Of a DNA stretch of 52,666 bases, positions 27,658 through 37,425 are shown in pieces. The stretch is from Candidatus Saccharimonadales bacterium (GTDB lineage: Bacteria; Patescibacteriota; Saccharimonadia; Saccharimonadales; UBA10212), in the NCBI GenBank assembly GCA_025450575.1, contig JANWHE010000009.1, forward strand, positions 1 through 52,666, given 5' to 3'. Position numbers and translations under genes: made by a program. Each line of letters begins with the position of its first letter. Position 1 is the first letter of the stretch. The notes beneath the pieces are model-generated. The model made no database searches. It worked only from the letters and a program-made list of their open reading frames with translations, and was not told the DNA's origin.

Positions 27658-28367
27658 ACCGGCTTGATATCCTACATCTTTTTCCCAATGAATTGAATAC
27701 TTACGGCGACCATGGCAATGCCTTGACTTTAAAGCGGCGGATCAGCTGGCACGGCCTGGAACCGGTCTTTCACCATCATCATCCGGGCGGCAAACTGCCG
27801 CCGCGGGTCGATATAGTCATCGGCGGCGGCGGCCAGGATTCGGCCCAGGCCGACGTCCAGAATGACATCCTGCGGATTGGCGGCCAGATCCATGAGCTGG
27901 CTGGCGCCGGCGTGCCGATGGTACTAATCTGCGGCACGTACCAGCTGTTCGGCCGCCGGTTCGTCACCAGTACCGGCCAAGAGGTCAAGGGCATCGGCGT
28001 CTTCGATCTGGAAACCATCGGCGGTCCTAAGCGGATGATCGGCAACGTCAAGGTCAAATCGGATTTCGGAATGCTTTTCGGGTTCGAGAATCATAGCGGC
28101 CAGACGTTCCTGGCTGAGAACCAAGCGCCGTTGGGCATAGTCAAGCGCGGCAATGGCAACAACGGTAAAGATAAGACCGAAGGCGCCCGTACTAACAACG
28201 CCTTCGGTACCTACATGCACGGGCCGTTTTTGCCCAATAATCCCCAATTCTGCGATGAGATCATCAGACTGGCAGCCGTTAACAGGTATGGTGGATTCAC
28301 GCCGCGAGAGATTGATGATTCGCTGTCGGTTCTGACCCGTTCCGCCGCTCGCCGCCGTCACTACTAG
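27654..28367 (+). CDS. gatD: Lipid II isoglutaminyl synthase glutaminase subunit GatD (CobQ-like)
   Basis: NTYGDHGN, GGGQD, ICGTYQLFG (catalytic Cys), FENHSG, TYMHGP; ATGA overlap with murT. Confidence 0.92.
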   Translation: MNRLDILHLFPNELNTYGDHGNALTLKRRISWHGLEPVFHHHHPGGKLPPRVDIVIGGGGQDSAQADVQNDILRIGGQIHELAGAGVPMVLICGTYQLFGRRFVTSTGQEVKGIGVFDLETIGGPKRMIGNVKVKSDFGMLFGFENHSGQTFLAENQAPLGIVKRGNGNNGKDKTEGARTNNAFGTYMHGPFLPNNPQFCDEIIRLAAVNRYGGFTPREIDDSLSVLTRSAARRRHY

Positions 28368-28390
28368 ATTATTGATACACTATTAAGTAA

Positions 28391-30427
28391 GTGAATCTGT
28401 CCGATCCGATTATCGAGCTTAAAGGGGTAGGCGACGAGCTGGCCGGCAAGCTGGCTATCCTTAGAATCCGGACAATTGACGACTTAATCGAGGACTTCCC
28501 GCGCCGCTACGAGGATTATTCGACTATCACATCCGCGAAGAACCTGCGGCCGGGGCCGGTGACCATCAAAGCCAAGATAAGTTCCGTTGTTGGCCGCTAC
28601 GTGCGCCGCGGCATGCATATCACGGAAGCCATAGCCAGCGATGATACGGCCAGTGTGCGGTTAGTTTGGTTTAATCAACCCTACCGCGCGGCAGCCATCA
28701 GAGCCGGCCAGGATTATTTCGTAGCCGGCGAATATAGACTCAGCCGGCAGCGGTTCAGTATCCTTAATCCCTCGGTCGAGCTGGTCAGCGATTTCCCAAT
28801 CAATACTGCCCGCATAATCCCGGTTTACCGCGAAACCAAAGGCTTAAAGTCCAACCAGATACGCCGGCTGATCCGCGAGGCACTGAATATCGTCAAAGAG
28901 TTGCCGGAACATCTGCCCGCTTGGCTGATCAAAGACCAAAAACTGCTCGCCTACAAAGAAGCAATCGGCGAGATTCATTTTCCCAGCTCGCTGGATTTGT
29001 GGGAGCAAGCTAAGCGGCGCTTAGCTTTCGAGGAAATCTTTCAGCTGACCCTCGCCGCTCTACTGAACCGCCAGGAAGTCCTGGCCGAAAAAGGCCTGGC
29101 TATACCTTTCAATGAAAAATTAGCTAAGGATTTCGTATTAAAACTGCCTTTTAAGCTCACTAATGCCCAGCGCAAGGTCGTCTGGGCGATATACCAGGAC
29201 ATGGCCAAAAACCAGCCTATGAACCGCTTGGTAGAAGGTGACGTGGGGTCCGGGAAAACAGTAGTAGCCGCGATGGCGGCTTTAACGGCTATGGAACAGG
29301 GCTTCCAGGTGGCCTTTATGGCGCCGACCGAAATCCTAGCCCGCCAGCATGCCGAAACACTACTTAATCTATTGGGCAATGTCGGCTACGGCGACCAAGT
29401 GGGATTATTGCTAGGCAGCCTGACCCCAGCCCAGAAAAAAACCGCCCACCAAAAAATCGCCGACGGCACAATTCGTTTAATAATCGGTACCCACGCCCTG
29501 ATAAGCGAGAAAGTCGATATGCATAAGCTCGGGCTGATAATCATCGACGAACAGCACCGCTTCGGGGTCGGCCAGCGCAAGAAACTGCAAGCCAAAGCCG
29601 GACACATGCCGCATGTCCTGCACATGACGGCCACGCCGATTCCACGCAGCCTAGCGTTAACGCTTTACGGCGAGTTGGACATCTCGGTATTAGACGAGAT
29701 GCCGCCCGGGCGGCAGAAAATTAAGACCAAGCTGGTGTCGCCTAACTCCAAGAAAACTTTATACAAGCAGATAGATAAGGAACTAGCGGCCGGGCGGCAG
29801 ATGTTCGTAGTCTGCCCAGTAATCACCGAGACCGGGGCCAGCAGGGGCTTATCAGCCGAGGAGACATTCAAGCAGTTATCCGAGCACGAGTTCAAGCACC
29901 GGAAAGTAGGCTTGCTGCACGGCCGGCTGAAACCGGCTGAGAAGGAGCGGGTGATGCAGGATTTCATCGACCGCCAATACGACATTCTGGTCAGTACTAC
30001 GGTCATAGAGGTCGGCGTTGATGTGCCTAACGCCACCGTGATGCTGATAGTCGGCGCCGAGCGGTTCGGGTTGGCTCAAATCCACCAGCTGCGGGGCCGG
30101 GTCGGGCGCGGCGCCCATCAAAGCTATTGTTTCTTAATGCTCAGCGACAGCAAAGCGCCGATACAGCGGTTGCGGGCTTTGGAAAATACGACTGACGGTT
30201 TTAGGCTCGCCGAACTCGATCTAGAACTGCGCGGCCCGGGCGCTATTTACGGCAGCATCCAACACGGCGCCCTGGACCTGCGGATCGCCAATTTATCGGA
30301 TATGAAACTGATTGCCGCCGCCCGAGCCGCCGCCCAGAATTTCATCGATAAAAAAGAGGACATCGATAATTACCCGCACCTGGTGAGCAGAGTCACAGCT
30401 TTACGCGCGGTAACTAATTTAAACTAA
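28391..30427 (+). CDS. recG: ATP-dependent DNA helicase RecG
   Basis: Wedge domain WFNQPY; GDVGSGKT; DEQHRFG; TATPIPR; QLRGRVGRG; DLELRGPG. Confidence 0.97.
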   Translation: MNLSDPIIELKGVGDELAGKLAILRIRTIDDLIEDFPRRYEDYSTITSAKNLRPGPVTIKAKISSVVGRYVRRGMHITEAIASDDTASVRLVWFNQPYRAAAIRAGQDYFVAGEYRLSRQRFSILNPSVELVSDFPINTARIIPVYRETKGLKSNQIRRLIREALNIVKELPEHLPAWLIKDQKLLAYKEAIGEIHFPSSLDLWEQAKRRLAFEEIFQLTLAALLNRQEVLAEKGLAIPFNEKLAKDFVLKLPFKLTNAQRKVVWAIYQDMAKNQPMNRLVEGDVGSGKTVVAAMAALTAMEQGFQVAFMAPTEILARQHAETLLNLLGNVGYGDQVGLLLGSLTPAQKKTAHQKIADGTIRLIIGTHALISEKVDMHKLGLIIIDEQHRFGVGQRKKLQAKAGHMPHVLHMTATPIPRSLALTLYGELDISVLDEMPPGRQKIKTKLVSPNSKKTLYKQIDKELAAGRQMFVVCPVITETGASRGLSAEETFKQLSEHEFKHRKVGLLHGRLKPAEKERVMQDFIDRQYDILVSTTVIEVGVDVPNATVMLIVGAERFGLAQIHQLRGRVGRGAHQSYCFLMLSDSKAPIQRLRALENTTDGFRLAELDLELRGPGAIYGSIQHGALDLRIANLSDMKLIAAARAAAQNFIDKKEDIDNYPHLVSRVTALRAVTNLN

Positions 30428-30436
30428 TATAGCCAT

Positions 30437-30973
30437 ATGAGGATTATCGCCGGAAGTTTAAAAGGACAGCAATTCCAGTCGCCACATGGTCATAAGACGC
30501 ACCCGATGAGCGAGAAGGTCCGCGGCGCGCTGTTTAACGTGCTTGGCGACATAGAGGGCCTGGTCTTTTTGGACGCTTTCGCCGGCAGCGGCGCGCTGGC
30601 CTTCGAGGCCGCCAGCCGCGGTGCCAAATCGGTTGTCGCCGTAGACAAGGATACTTCCGCGCATCAGGCCATCGAGCAGAATGTCAAAGACCTGCGCTTG
30701 CAAAAAACGGTCCACGTCACCAAAGCTAACACTGGCGGCTGGAGTATCCATAACATGGAAAAGAAATTCGACATCGTCCTTTTGGACCCGCCGTTCGACG
30801 AACTCCAATCGCCTCTGCTGGAAAAACTTATCAAGCGGCATGTCAAAAATGGTGGTCTGGCCGTCCTTAACTACCCAGGCAATCTAAACTTTCCGGAATT
30901 TGATAAAACCGAAGTCGCCGCCGACAAAAATTACGGCGACACCCAGCTTGTTTTCTACCGCAGAAGTAGTTAA
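30437..30973 (+). CDS. rsmD: 16S rRNA m2G966 methyltransferase RsmD family
   Basis: MRIIAG, LDAFAGSGALAFEA.SRGA, LDPPF, YGDT. Confidence 0.92.
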   Translation: MRIIAGSLKGQQFQSPHGHKTHPMSEKVRGALFNVLGDIEGLVFLDAFAGSGALAFEAASRGAKSVVAVDKDTSAHQAIEQNVKDLRLQKTVHVTKANTGGWSIHNMEKKFDIVLLDPPFDELQSPLLEKLIKRHVKNGGLAVLNYPGNLNFPEFDKTEVAADKNYGDTQLVFYRRSS

Positions 30974-30981
30974 ATAAAAAC

Positions 30982-31245
30982 ATGACTGAAATAATTTATG
31001 ACCAGCCCCAAGAAAGGGGTGGCCGGTTCGCCTGGTTCAGGAAACTGATGAGCGACGCCGGGGCGGGCGTGGTGCTGGGAGGCGAAGTAGACGCTGGGAT
31101 TACCCCGGACGAAATGCGGTCGCACGCGGCCGCGCCGCGGGAAAGCGCGATTGGCTCGGCCGCGCTAAGCGGCTCGTCCGGTTACAGCGAAGCCGAGATA
31201 CAAGCCATGCTTGACTCGACTGATCCGAGCCTCCAGCTTTATTAG
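30982..31245 (+). CDS. Small hypothetical protein (orphan)
   Basis: 87-aa ATG ORF filling the gap between rsmD and tRNA-Leu; no motif recognised. Confidence 0.45.
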   Translation: MTEIIYDQPQERGGRFAWFRKLMSDAGAGVVLGGEVDAGITPDEMRSHAAAPRESAIGSAALSGSSGYSEAEIQAMLDSTDPSLQLY

Positions 31246-31310
31246 CGGAAAGCTTGCTCGCCTATCTTGTGCCGGTTCCTCGCCGCTCTTCCTTTATAAT
31301 TGATTAGGAC

Positions 31311-31395
31311 GGGGATGTGGTGAAATTGGTATACACGCTAGCCTTAGGAGCTAGTGGGGCAACCCGTGTAGGTTCGAGTCCTATCATCCCCACCA
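31311..31395 (+). tRNA. tRNA-Leu (anticodon TAG), CCA encoded
   Basis: Acceptor stem GGGGATG/CATCCCC; anticodon arm CTAGC-CTTAGGA-GCTAG; long variable arm; GGTTCGAGTCC T-arm; ACCA end. TATAAT at 31295-300. Confidence 0.97.
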
Positions 31396-31427
31396 CGCAT
31401 CAGCTAAGAACTGAGCGTTTTTCTTTA
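31395..31427 (+). terminator. Probable intrinsic terminator after tRNA-Leu
   Basis: ACGC-A-TCAG...CTGA-GCGT stem followed by TTTTCTTT. Confidence 0.5.
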
Positions 31428-31474
31428 CAAATTTTTTAGCCGGCCTCATTATTAAACAGAAGTGAAAAACAAGA

Positions 31475-32104
31475 ATGCCCCGGCGTGAACTAGTCGGTGA
31501 GGCCTGGATCGGCAGCCGGCAGAAACGGGCGCTGGACCTTGCTTATGCTACGGCTTTAGCGCCGGTTATTCTTCCCGTGGGGGCCGTGACGATGGGAATG
31601 GCGTACGTTGCCGAAGGCCAAGGTGGTTTGCGGAAAGTTCAGCGCGTCGGCCATGGCGGCCGGCCTTTCGACGTTATCAAACTCCGCACCGCTTCGGCTG
31701 ATCTAGGGTCTACCTCTGAGGCCGGACCGGAGCGACTATCCAGCCTGAGTCGCTATATCGGACAGGCCGGCCTGGATGAGACGGCTCAGATCGTCAATAT
31801 CCTGGACGGCACGATGTCCGTCTGGGGGCCGCGTCCCGCCTCGGCGAGCTTCATGGAGGCCGTCGAAGGCGAGGTGGCTGCCCCCCTTTACCGCGAATGG
31901 CTTGAAAAGCGCTGCTTATCCAAACCCGGCGGTCTATCATCTTACGCTTTAGCTTTCCATCTGCGGGAACTGCCTACGGCCCAGCGTAAACTGGCGATGG
32001 TTAAGATGGATATCATTGATTTTGATAACGCCAGCCGGGCTTATGACCGCCGGCTGTTATTGACGGCCGTCAAGAAATCGGTCAAATTGTTCCGCGGCCA
32101 TTAG
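31475..32104 (+). CDS. Bacterial sugar transferase (polyprenyl-phosphate phosphoglycosyltransferase, PglC/WcaJ catalytic domain), divergent
   Basis: KRALDL + re-entrant helix; RVGHGGRPF..IKLRT; LDE dyad; G.MSVWGPRP; KPG. Confidence 0.8.
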   Translation: MPRRELVGEAWIGSRQKRALDLAYATALAPVILPVGAVTMGMAYVAEGQGGLRKVQRVGHGGRPFDVIKLRTASADLGSTSEAGPERLSSLSRYIGQAGLDETAQIVNILDGTMSVWGPRPASASFMEAVEGEVAAPLYREWLEKRCLSKPGGLSSYALAFHLRELPTAQRKLAMVKMDIIDFDNASRAYDRRLLLTAVKKSVKLFRGH

Positions 32105-32143
32105 CTATAATTAGCGGCGGGACATTCTCAGAAAGGAGGCCAC

Positions 32144-33340
32144 ATGTTAGATACGGCGAGGAAACTTATCAGGGACGCCGGCCGGAAACTCGGACTGAGC
32201 GATAAGCAGATTGACGAACTTATAAAGACGGACGCCGAGCATAACTTCGAGATAGAACTGGCGGACGGCAGTAAATATCACGCTTATCGCGTCCAACACA
32301 GCAACAAGCGCGGGCCGTACAAGGGCGGTATCCGGTTCCATCCACAGGTGGATTATGACGAAGTGCGGGCGCTAGCGACGCTGATGAGCTTTAAGACGGC
32401 GGTCGCCGGCATCCCGATGGGCGGCGGCAAAGGCGGCGTGGCCGTGGATCCCAAGGCATTATCAAAAGAAGCCTTAGAAGAGCTGTCGCGCAAGTACGTC
32501 CAAGGCCTGAAAGACCACATCGGTCCGGACAAAGACGTGCCGGCCCCGGACGTCAACACCAACGCCCAAATTATCGACTGGATGGTGGATGAGTACGAAA
32601 ACCTGAGCGGCGATCAGACCAAAGCCAGTTTTACCGGAAAAAGCATAGAGAACAGCGGCAGCCTGGGCCGCGACGCTGCCACCGGCCGCGGCGGCGTAAT
32701 CGTACTACGCGAGATACTTAACAAGTCAAGTATCTCCGGGCCGATAACTTACGCCCTGCAGGGGTGGGGAAATGTCGGCTCGTTTTTCGCTCTTGTCGCC
32801 GAAAAGGAGCATCCCGATTGGAAACTTGTAGCCGCCACCGATTCCAGCGGCGGTATTTATGACGCGGGCGGTCTGTCGGCTAAAGCCTTGGATGATTTCA
32901 AAAAAACCGGCCGCAAACTGACCGAGTTCACGACTGGCAGGAAGATCGATAACGATCAGTTGCTGAGCCTGGACGTCGATGTGTTAGCTTTGGCAGCCTT
33001 AGAAAACGCCGTCGACGAGAACAATGTGGGCTCGATCAAAGCTAAGATCGTGCTGGAACTGGCTAACGGCCCGGTGACCTACCTTGGCTACGAAGCCTTG
33101 AACGCCCAAAAAGTAACCGATATTCCGGACATCTTAGCCAACGCCGGCGGCGTGATAGTCAGCTACCTGGAGTGGGTGCAAAACAAGGCCGGCGAGCATT
33201 GGACCGAAGACCGGGTGAATAAGGAACTCGAAAAATATCTTAAAAATGCCACTCGGCAGGTGTATGAACGGTCCCGAAAGAACCAGCTGCCGCTTAAAGA
33301 GGCCGCTTTCGCCGAGGCCATCGTCAGGCTAATCTCTTGA
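32144..33340 (+). CDS. gdhA: Glu/Leu/Phe/Val dehydrogenase (probably glutamate dehydrogenase)
   Basis: GPYKGGIRFH, MGGGKGG, DVPAPDV, FTGK, ATGRG, QGWGNVG, ELANGP, PDILANAGGVIVSYLEW; SD AGGAGG. Confidence 0.93.
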   Translation: MLDTARKLIRDAGRKLGLSDKQIDELIKTDAEHNFEIELADGSKYHAYRVQHSNKRGPYKGGIRFHPQVDYDEVRALATLMSFKTAVAGIPMGGGKGGVAVDPKALSKEALEELSRKYVQGLKDHIGPDKDVPAPDVNTNAQIIDWMVDEYENLSGDQTKASFTGKSIENSGSLGRDAATGRGGVIVLREILNKSSISGPITYALQGWGNVGSFFALVAEKEHPDWKLVAATDSSGGIYDAGGLSAKALDDFKKTGRKLTEFTTGRKIDNDQLLSLDVDVLALAALENAVDENNVGSIKAKIVLELANGPVTYLGYEALNAQKVTDIPDILANAGGVIVSYLEWVQNKAGEHWTEDRVNKELEKYLKNATRQVYERSRKNQLPLKEAAFAEAIVRLIS

Positions 33341-34064
33341 GCTGCTGGTAGCGCAGGGCCGGCGCTACGGAATAGAGCGAACCTAGAGCGAAAGAAGCTA
33401 ACCCGCCGAAGTACGGGATGATATTGACCAGCCCGATAAGGAACAGGACGCCGATTATCCCCCAGACGGCGGCGGTATTCTTAAGGCTTAGGGCGGCGCT
33501 TTGGGAAAGTGAATCCCGGATCCCGGTATTCTTTTCAATCATGACGTAGGGCGCCATCAGGTAGCGGCGTATCATGAATAAGCCCGGGACGAAAAACAGA
33601 GCGAAGCCTATCAGGAAAATCAGGGCCATTACTATATATAGGCCCAGTAGTCGCCAACCCAGCCGTCTGACCACTTGCCAGAGATTCTGAAAATCGAGGT
33701 GCCGGTCCTCGGCGGCATCCAATTGGGCGGCCTGGCCCATGATCTGGGCGATAGTGCCGACCGTTAAGGTCAGCGCCAACCATAGCAGTGAAAAACCTAT
33801 CACCAGAAAAGTGAAGTAGGCCGGCAACGTCCCGGCTGCCCAGCCTGAGCTGAAACCGTCGGCGCGCTGCCACAGATGGATATGCTGGCCCGGCAGCGGC
33901 GACCAAAGCCAGCTGTGGATGTAAAAAATAAACGGTACGGCGTATAGCGGGCCGAAGATCCAGATATTGTTTAAGACTATTTCTTTACTGGGGGCGAACA
34001 GGTCGAAAGCGCTCGGCAGATACAGATGGGAAGTGCGGCGGGCGCGGTTCTTGGTTCGGGCCAT
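33324..34064 (-). CDS. Multi-pass membrane protein of unknown function
   Basis: About 5-6 hydrophobic helices; FFVPGL..RY.MAPY..IE...I.DSLSQS pattern seen in YciC/DUF975-like proteins. TATAAT 7 nt upstream. Confidence 0.65.
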   Translation of the reverse strand: MARTKNRARRTSHLYLPSAFDLFAPSKEIVLNNIWIFGPLYAVPFIFYIHSWLWSPLPGQHIHLWQRADGFSSGWAAGTLPAYFTFLVIGFSLLWLALTLTVGTIAQIMGQAAQLDAAEDRHLDFQNLWQVVRRLGWRLLGLYIVMALIFLIGFALFFVPGLFMIRRYLMAPYVMIEKNTGIRDSLSQSAALSLKNTAAVWGIIGVLFLIGLVNIIPYFGGLASFALGSLYSVAPALRYQQLKRLA

Positions 34065-34112
34065 ATCACTAATTATATATCCTAATAATCAATGTCCGCT
34101 ATAATTTGAGTA

Positions 34113-35381
34113 ATGAGCCTTCCTACCCAACCTTACAAGGGCACCCGCGATTTTTATCCTGAGGACAAGCGGATTCAAAAGTATATGTTCGCCAAGCTGC
34201 GGCAGGTGGTTGAAAGTTTCGGCTACCAGGAATACGACGCGCCGCTGCTCGAACCGTTCGAAGTCTACGCCGCAAAATCCGGCGATGAGCTGGTTAACGA
34301 ACAGCTTTATTCATTCGAGGACCGCGGTGGCCGCAAAGTGGCTATCCGCCCGGAGATGACCCCCTCCGTCAGCCGGATGGTAGCGGGGCGCCGGCAGGAA
34401 CTGGCCTACCCGCTTCGTCTATACAGCATTCCCAACCTTTGGCGTTACGAGCGTCCGCAGCGCGGCCGGCTGCGCGAACACTGGCAGCTGAATGTCGACC
34501 TGTTCGGCATAGATGATATATCAGCGGATGAGGAGATTATCCAGATGGCAGATTCGATCCTTAAAGCCTTGGGTGCCGACAGTCATGAATACGTGATCAA
34601 GGTCAATTCCCGCAAGCTGCTAAAAAGGTTGGATGAGCACATCAATCTGAGTCAAGATAAAGCCCGTCAGCTTTATCGGATAGCCGACAAGAAAAATAAG
34701 ATGACCGACGAGCAGTTCAAGCAAGAGATTTTCGAAGCCGGGCTGGACGCATCCGTCGATTTCTTTTTCGCCGCTACCATCGATAAACTCCCGGCACCCC
34801 TGAACGAATCCGAGGAAGCCGAGAATCTGGAGGGCCTGATCGCGCGGCTGAATAAGGTCGGCGTGAACGCGGTTTTCGATCCCGGCATTGTGCGCGGCTT
34901 TGATTATTACACCGATATAATCTTTGAAGTTTATGATTTTGAAGGTGCCAATAACCGTTCGATGTTCGGCGGCGGCCGTTACGATGGGCTGGTCGGTTTG
35001 TTCGGCGTCGAGCCGGTGCCGACCGTCGGCTTCGGCATGGGCGACGTTACTTTGCAAAACTTTCTGGTAACCCATAAACTGCTGCCGGAATTGCCGTCCG
35101 AAACCGACGTCACGGCCATTCTGATCGGCGACGTCTACGACCAGGCGCAGGGCGCGTTGTCTGGCCTGCGTGAAAGCGGCGTGAACATCGCCGTCGACGC
35201 CTCCGACCGCAAGCTCGATTCCAAAATCAAGCACGCCGTCAAATCCGGCACCCGCTACGCGTTATTCATCGGCGAATCGGAATTATCTTCGGGGAAACTC
35301 AAACTGCGCGATCTGACAAAAGGCCACGAAGACGAGCTGGGGCTTAAAGAGATAATCAACAAGTTCGCCAAGCACCCATAA
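34113..35381 (+). CDS. hisS: Histidine--tRNA ligase
   Basis: KGTRDF, IRPEMT, WRYERPQRGRLREHWQ, VRGFDYYT, GGGRYDGL. Confidence 0.97.
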   Translation: MSLPTQPYKGTRDFYPEDKRIQKYMFAKLRQVVESFGYQEYDAPLLEPFEVYAAKSGDELVNEQLYSFEDRGGRKVAIRPEMTPSVSRMVAGRRQELAYPLRLYSIPNLWRYERPQRGRLREHWQLNVDLFGIDDISADEEIIQMADSILKALGADSHEYVIKVNSRKLLKRLDEHINLSQDKARQLYRIADKKNKMTDEQFKQEIFEAGLDASVDFFFAATIDKLPAPLNESEEAENLEGLIARLNKVGVNAVFDPGIVRGFDYYTDIIFEVYDFEGANNRSMFGGGRYDGLVGLFGVEPVPTVGFGMGDVTLQNFLVTHKLLPELPSETDVTAILIGDVYDQAQGALSGLRESGVNIAVDASDRKLDSKIKHAVKSGTRYALFIGESELSSGKLKLRDLTKGHEDELGLKEIINKFAKHP

Positions 35382-35428
35382 GTCCGCTTCCTGGAAAAAC
35401 AGGGATAAAGCGGCTATAATTGCTTTTC

Positions 35429-36712
35429 ATGCGAGTTACGAGGAAAGATAACAGTCCGACCAATATTATTTTGACGGTCGATGCCGACGCCAAGGACCTG
35501 GCGCCTATCCGCCGGCACGTCATCGGCCATTTTAGGCGCAGCGTGCGGATTCCCGGCTTCCGGGCCGGCCGGGCGCCGGACGCCATGGTCGAACAGCAGG
35601 TTAATCAGCAGCAATTCCTAGATGAATTCATGGAGCACGCCCTTAACGAGCTGTACCGCCAAGCCGTCGACCAGGAGAAAATCCGGCCGGTCAGCATACC
35701 GAACGTCCAGCTCAAGAAGTTCGTACCTTATACGGACTTACAGTTCGAGGCCGAGGCCGAAATCCTAGGGCCGGTCAAACTGCCGAATTATAAAGCTATC
35801 AAACTGGCCCGCAAAAAGGTCGAAATAACCGCCGCGGATATAAACGAGATTATCAAGAACCTGCAGACCCGGATGGCCGAGCGGGCCGAGGTGGAGCGGC
35901 CGGCCAAAACCGGCGACGAGCTGGTAATTGATTTCGAGGGCACGGATAAGAACGGTAAGAAGATCAATGGCGCCGACGGCCGGGATTATCCGCTGACGCT
36001 GGGCAGCAAGACTTTCATCCCGGGATTTGAAGAGGAGCTGGCCGGCGTCAAGGCCGGCGCTTCCAAGACATTCGATATCACTTTTCCCAAAGATTACGGC
36101 GTGCCCGCTCTTCAGAGCAAGAAGGTCACCTTCAAGGTAGATGTCAAGAAGGTCCAAGAACTCAAAGAGCCCAAAGCCGATGACAGCTTTACTGCCAAAG
36201 TCGGGCCGTTCAAGACCCTGGCCGAGCTGAAAGCCGATATCAAAAAACAGCTGCAAGCCGAGCGCCAGGGGCAGGCTGACACCGAATATAACAACGAACT
36301 GGTCCGCAAAATCGCCGCCAAAACTCAGATTGAGGTCCCTAAGGCCCTCATAGAGGAAGAAAACCAGCGGCTGGAAGACCAGGAGAAACAGAACCTGGTT
36401 TACAGGGGGCAGACCTGGCAGGAGCACCTGGAAGCCGAAGGTATAACCGAGGAAGAACACCGCCAGCGGCATTATCCGGAGGCCGAAGAGCGCGTTAAGA
36501 TCGGCCTCATCCTAAGCGAAATCGCCGAAAATGAAGGCCTGCAAGTCACGCCGGAAGAGCTGGAAATACGACTCCAGGTCTTAAAAGGCCAGTACCAGGA
36601 CCCGCAGATGCAAGGCGAGCTGGATAAGCCGGCCAGCCGCCGTGATATAGAAGCCCGCCTGCTGACCGAGAAGACCCTCACTAAACTGGCCGCCTACGCC
36701 CAGCAAAAATAA
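35429..36712 (+). CDS. tig: Trigger factor (probable start ATG 35429)
   Basis: Ribosome-binding signature IPGFRAGRAP; FKBP domain FIPGFEEEL..FPKDY; lies upstream of clpP. Confidence 0.95.
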   Translation: MRVTRKDNSPTNIILTVDADAKDLAPIRRHVIGHFRRSVRIPGFRAGRAPDAMVEQQVNQQQFLDEFMEHALNELYRQAVDQEKIRPVSIPNVQLKKFVPYTDLQFEAEAEILGPVKLPNYKAIKLARKKVEITAADINEIIKNLQTRMAERAEVERPAKTGDELVIDFEGTDKNGKKINGADGRDYPLTLGSKTFIPGFEEELAGVKAGASKTFDITFPKDYGVPALQSKKVTFKVDVKKVQELKEPKADDSFTAKVGPFKTLAELKADIKKQLQAERQGQADTEYNNELVRKIAAKTQIEVPKALIEEENQRLEDQEKQNLVYRGQTWQEHLEAEGITEEEHRQRHYPEAEERVKIGLILSEIAENEGLQVTPEELEIRLQVLKGQYQDPQMQGELDKPASRRDIEARLLTEKTLTKLAAYAQQK

Positions 36713-36739
36713 TTGGCACTCTCACTTGACGAGTGCCAA
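36713..36739. promoter_or_regulatory. CIRCE element variant overlapping the clpP promoter
   Basis: TTGGCACTC-N9-GAGTGCCAA (symmetric change, palindrome intact). TTGACG (36726-31), 17 bp, TAGACT (36749-54). Confidence 0.88.
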
Positions 36740-36762
36740 TATATTTCATAGACTGGGTATAT

Positions 36763-37392
36763 ATGAATAAACCGACTTCACAAATATTGGTGCCGACGGT
36801 TATCGAGCAAGAGGGGCGCTTTGAGCGGGCTTATGATATTTATAGCCGCCTGCTGCGCGACCGTATTATCTTTTTGGGCGACGACGTCAACGAGCATACC
36901 GCCAACCTGGTGGTGGCCCAGCTGCTTTTCTTAGAGAACCAGGATCCCAACAAGGACATCATCCTTTATATAAACAGTCCCGGCGGCAGCGTTTACGACG
37001 CCATGGCCATCTATGACACCATGCAGTTCGTAAAAAGCGATATCCAGACCGTTGGCATCGGCGTCCAGGCCAGCGCCGCGGCTTTTCTGCTGAGCAGCGG
37101 GACCAAAGGCAAGCGTTTATTGCTACCGCACGCCACGGTGATGATCCACCAACCGTCCAGCGGCACCCGCGGCAAAGTCACCGACCAGGAAATCGACCTG
37201 CGCGAAGCCCTGCGCGTCAAACGGATGATGGAAGAAATCATGGCTAAAAACACTGGCCAGCCGATCAAGAGAGTCCACGAAGACATGGAGCGCGACTTTT
37301 GGATGACCGCCGACGAAGCTAAAAAGTACGGTTTGGTCGATAAGATTATCGATACCCGCAAGCTGGCCGATGCGGTCCAGAAAGCCGCTTAA
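36763..37392 (+). CDS. clpP: ATP-dependent Clp protease proteolytic subunit (probable start ATG 36763)
   Basis: [27 protein letters not shown] (catalytic Ser), MIHQP, RDFWM. The track's GTG start at 36733 falls inside the CIRCE/promoter. Confidence 0.97.
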   Translation: MNKPTSQILVPTVIEQEGRFERAYDIYSRLLRDRIIFLGDDVNEHTANLVVAQLLFLENQDPNKDIILYINSPGGSVYDAMAIYDTMQFVKSDIQTVGIGVQASAAAFLLSSGTKGKRLLLPHATVMIHQPSSGTRGKVTDQEIDLREALRVKRMMEEIMAKNTGQPIKRVHEDMERDFWMTADEAKKYGLVDKIIDTRKLADAVQKAA

Positions 37393-37425
37393 GCTTTTCA
37401 GTGACGAATCTCACATAAAATACTG

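Noticed and set aside
31311-31475. Integrative element at tRNA-Leu
   Set aside because: No integrase, and I saw no duplicated tRNA 3' end (att site) in the window; checked by eye only.
35383-35414. Hairpin between hisS and tig (CCGCTTCCTG...CAGGGATAAAGCGG)
   Set aside because: Imperfect stem without a T tract and overlapping the tig promoter region; too weak to call.
36733-36762. GTG start for clpP
   Set aside because: Falls within the CIRCE and promoter; ATG 36763 matches the typical ClpP N-terminus.
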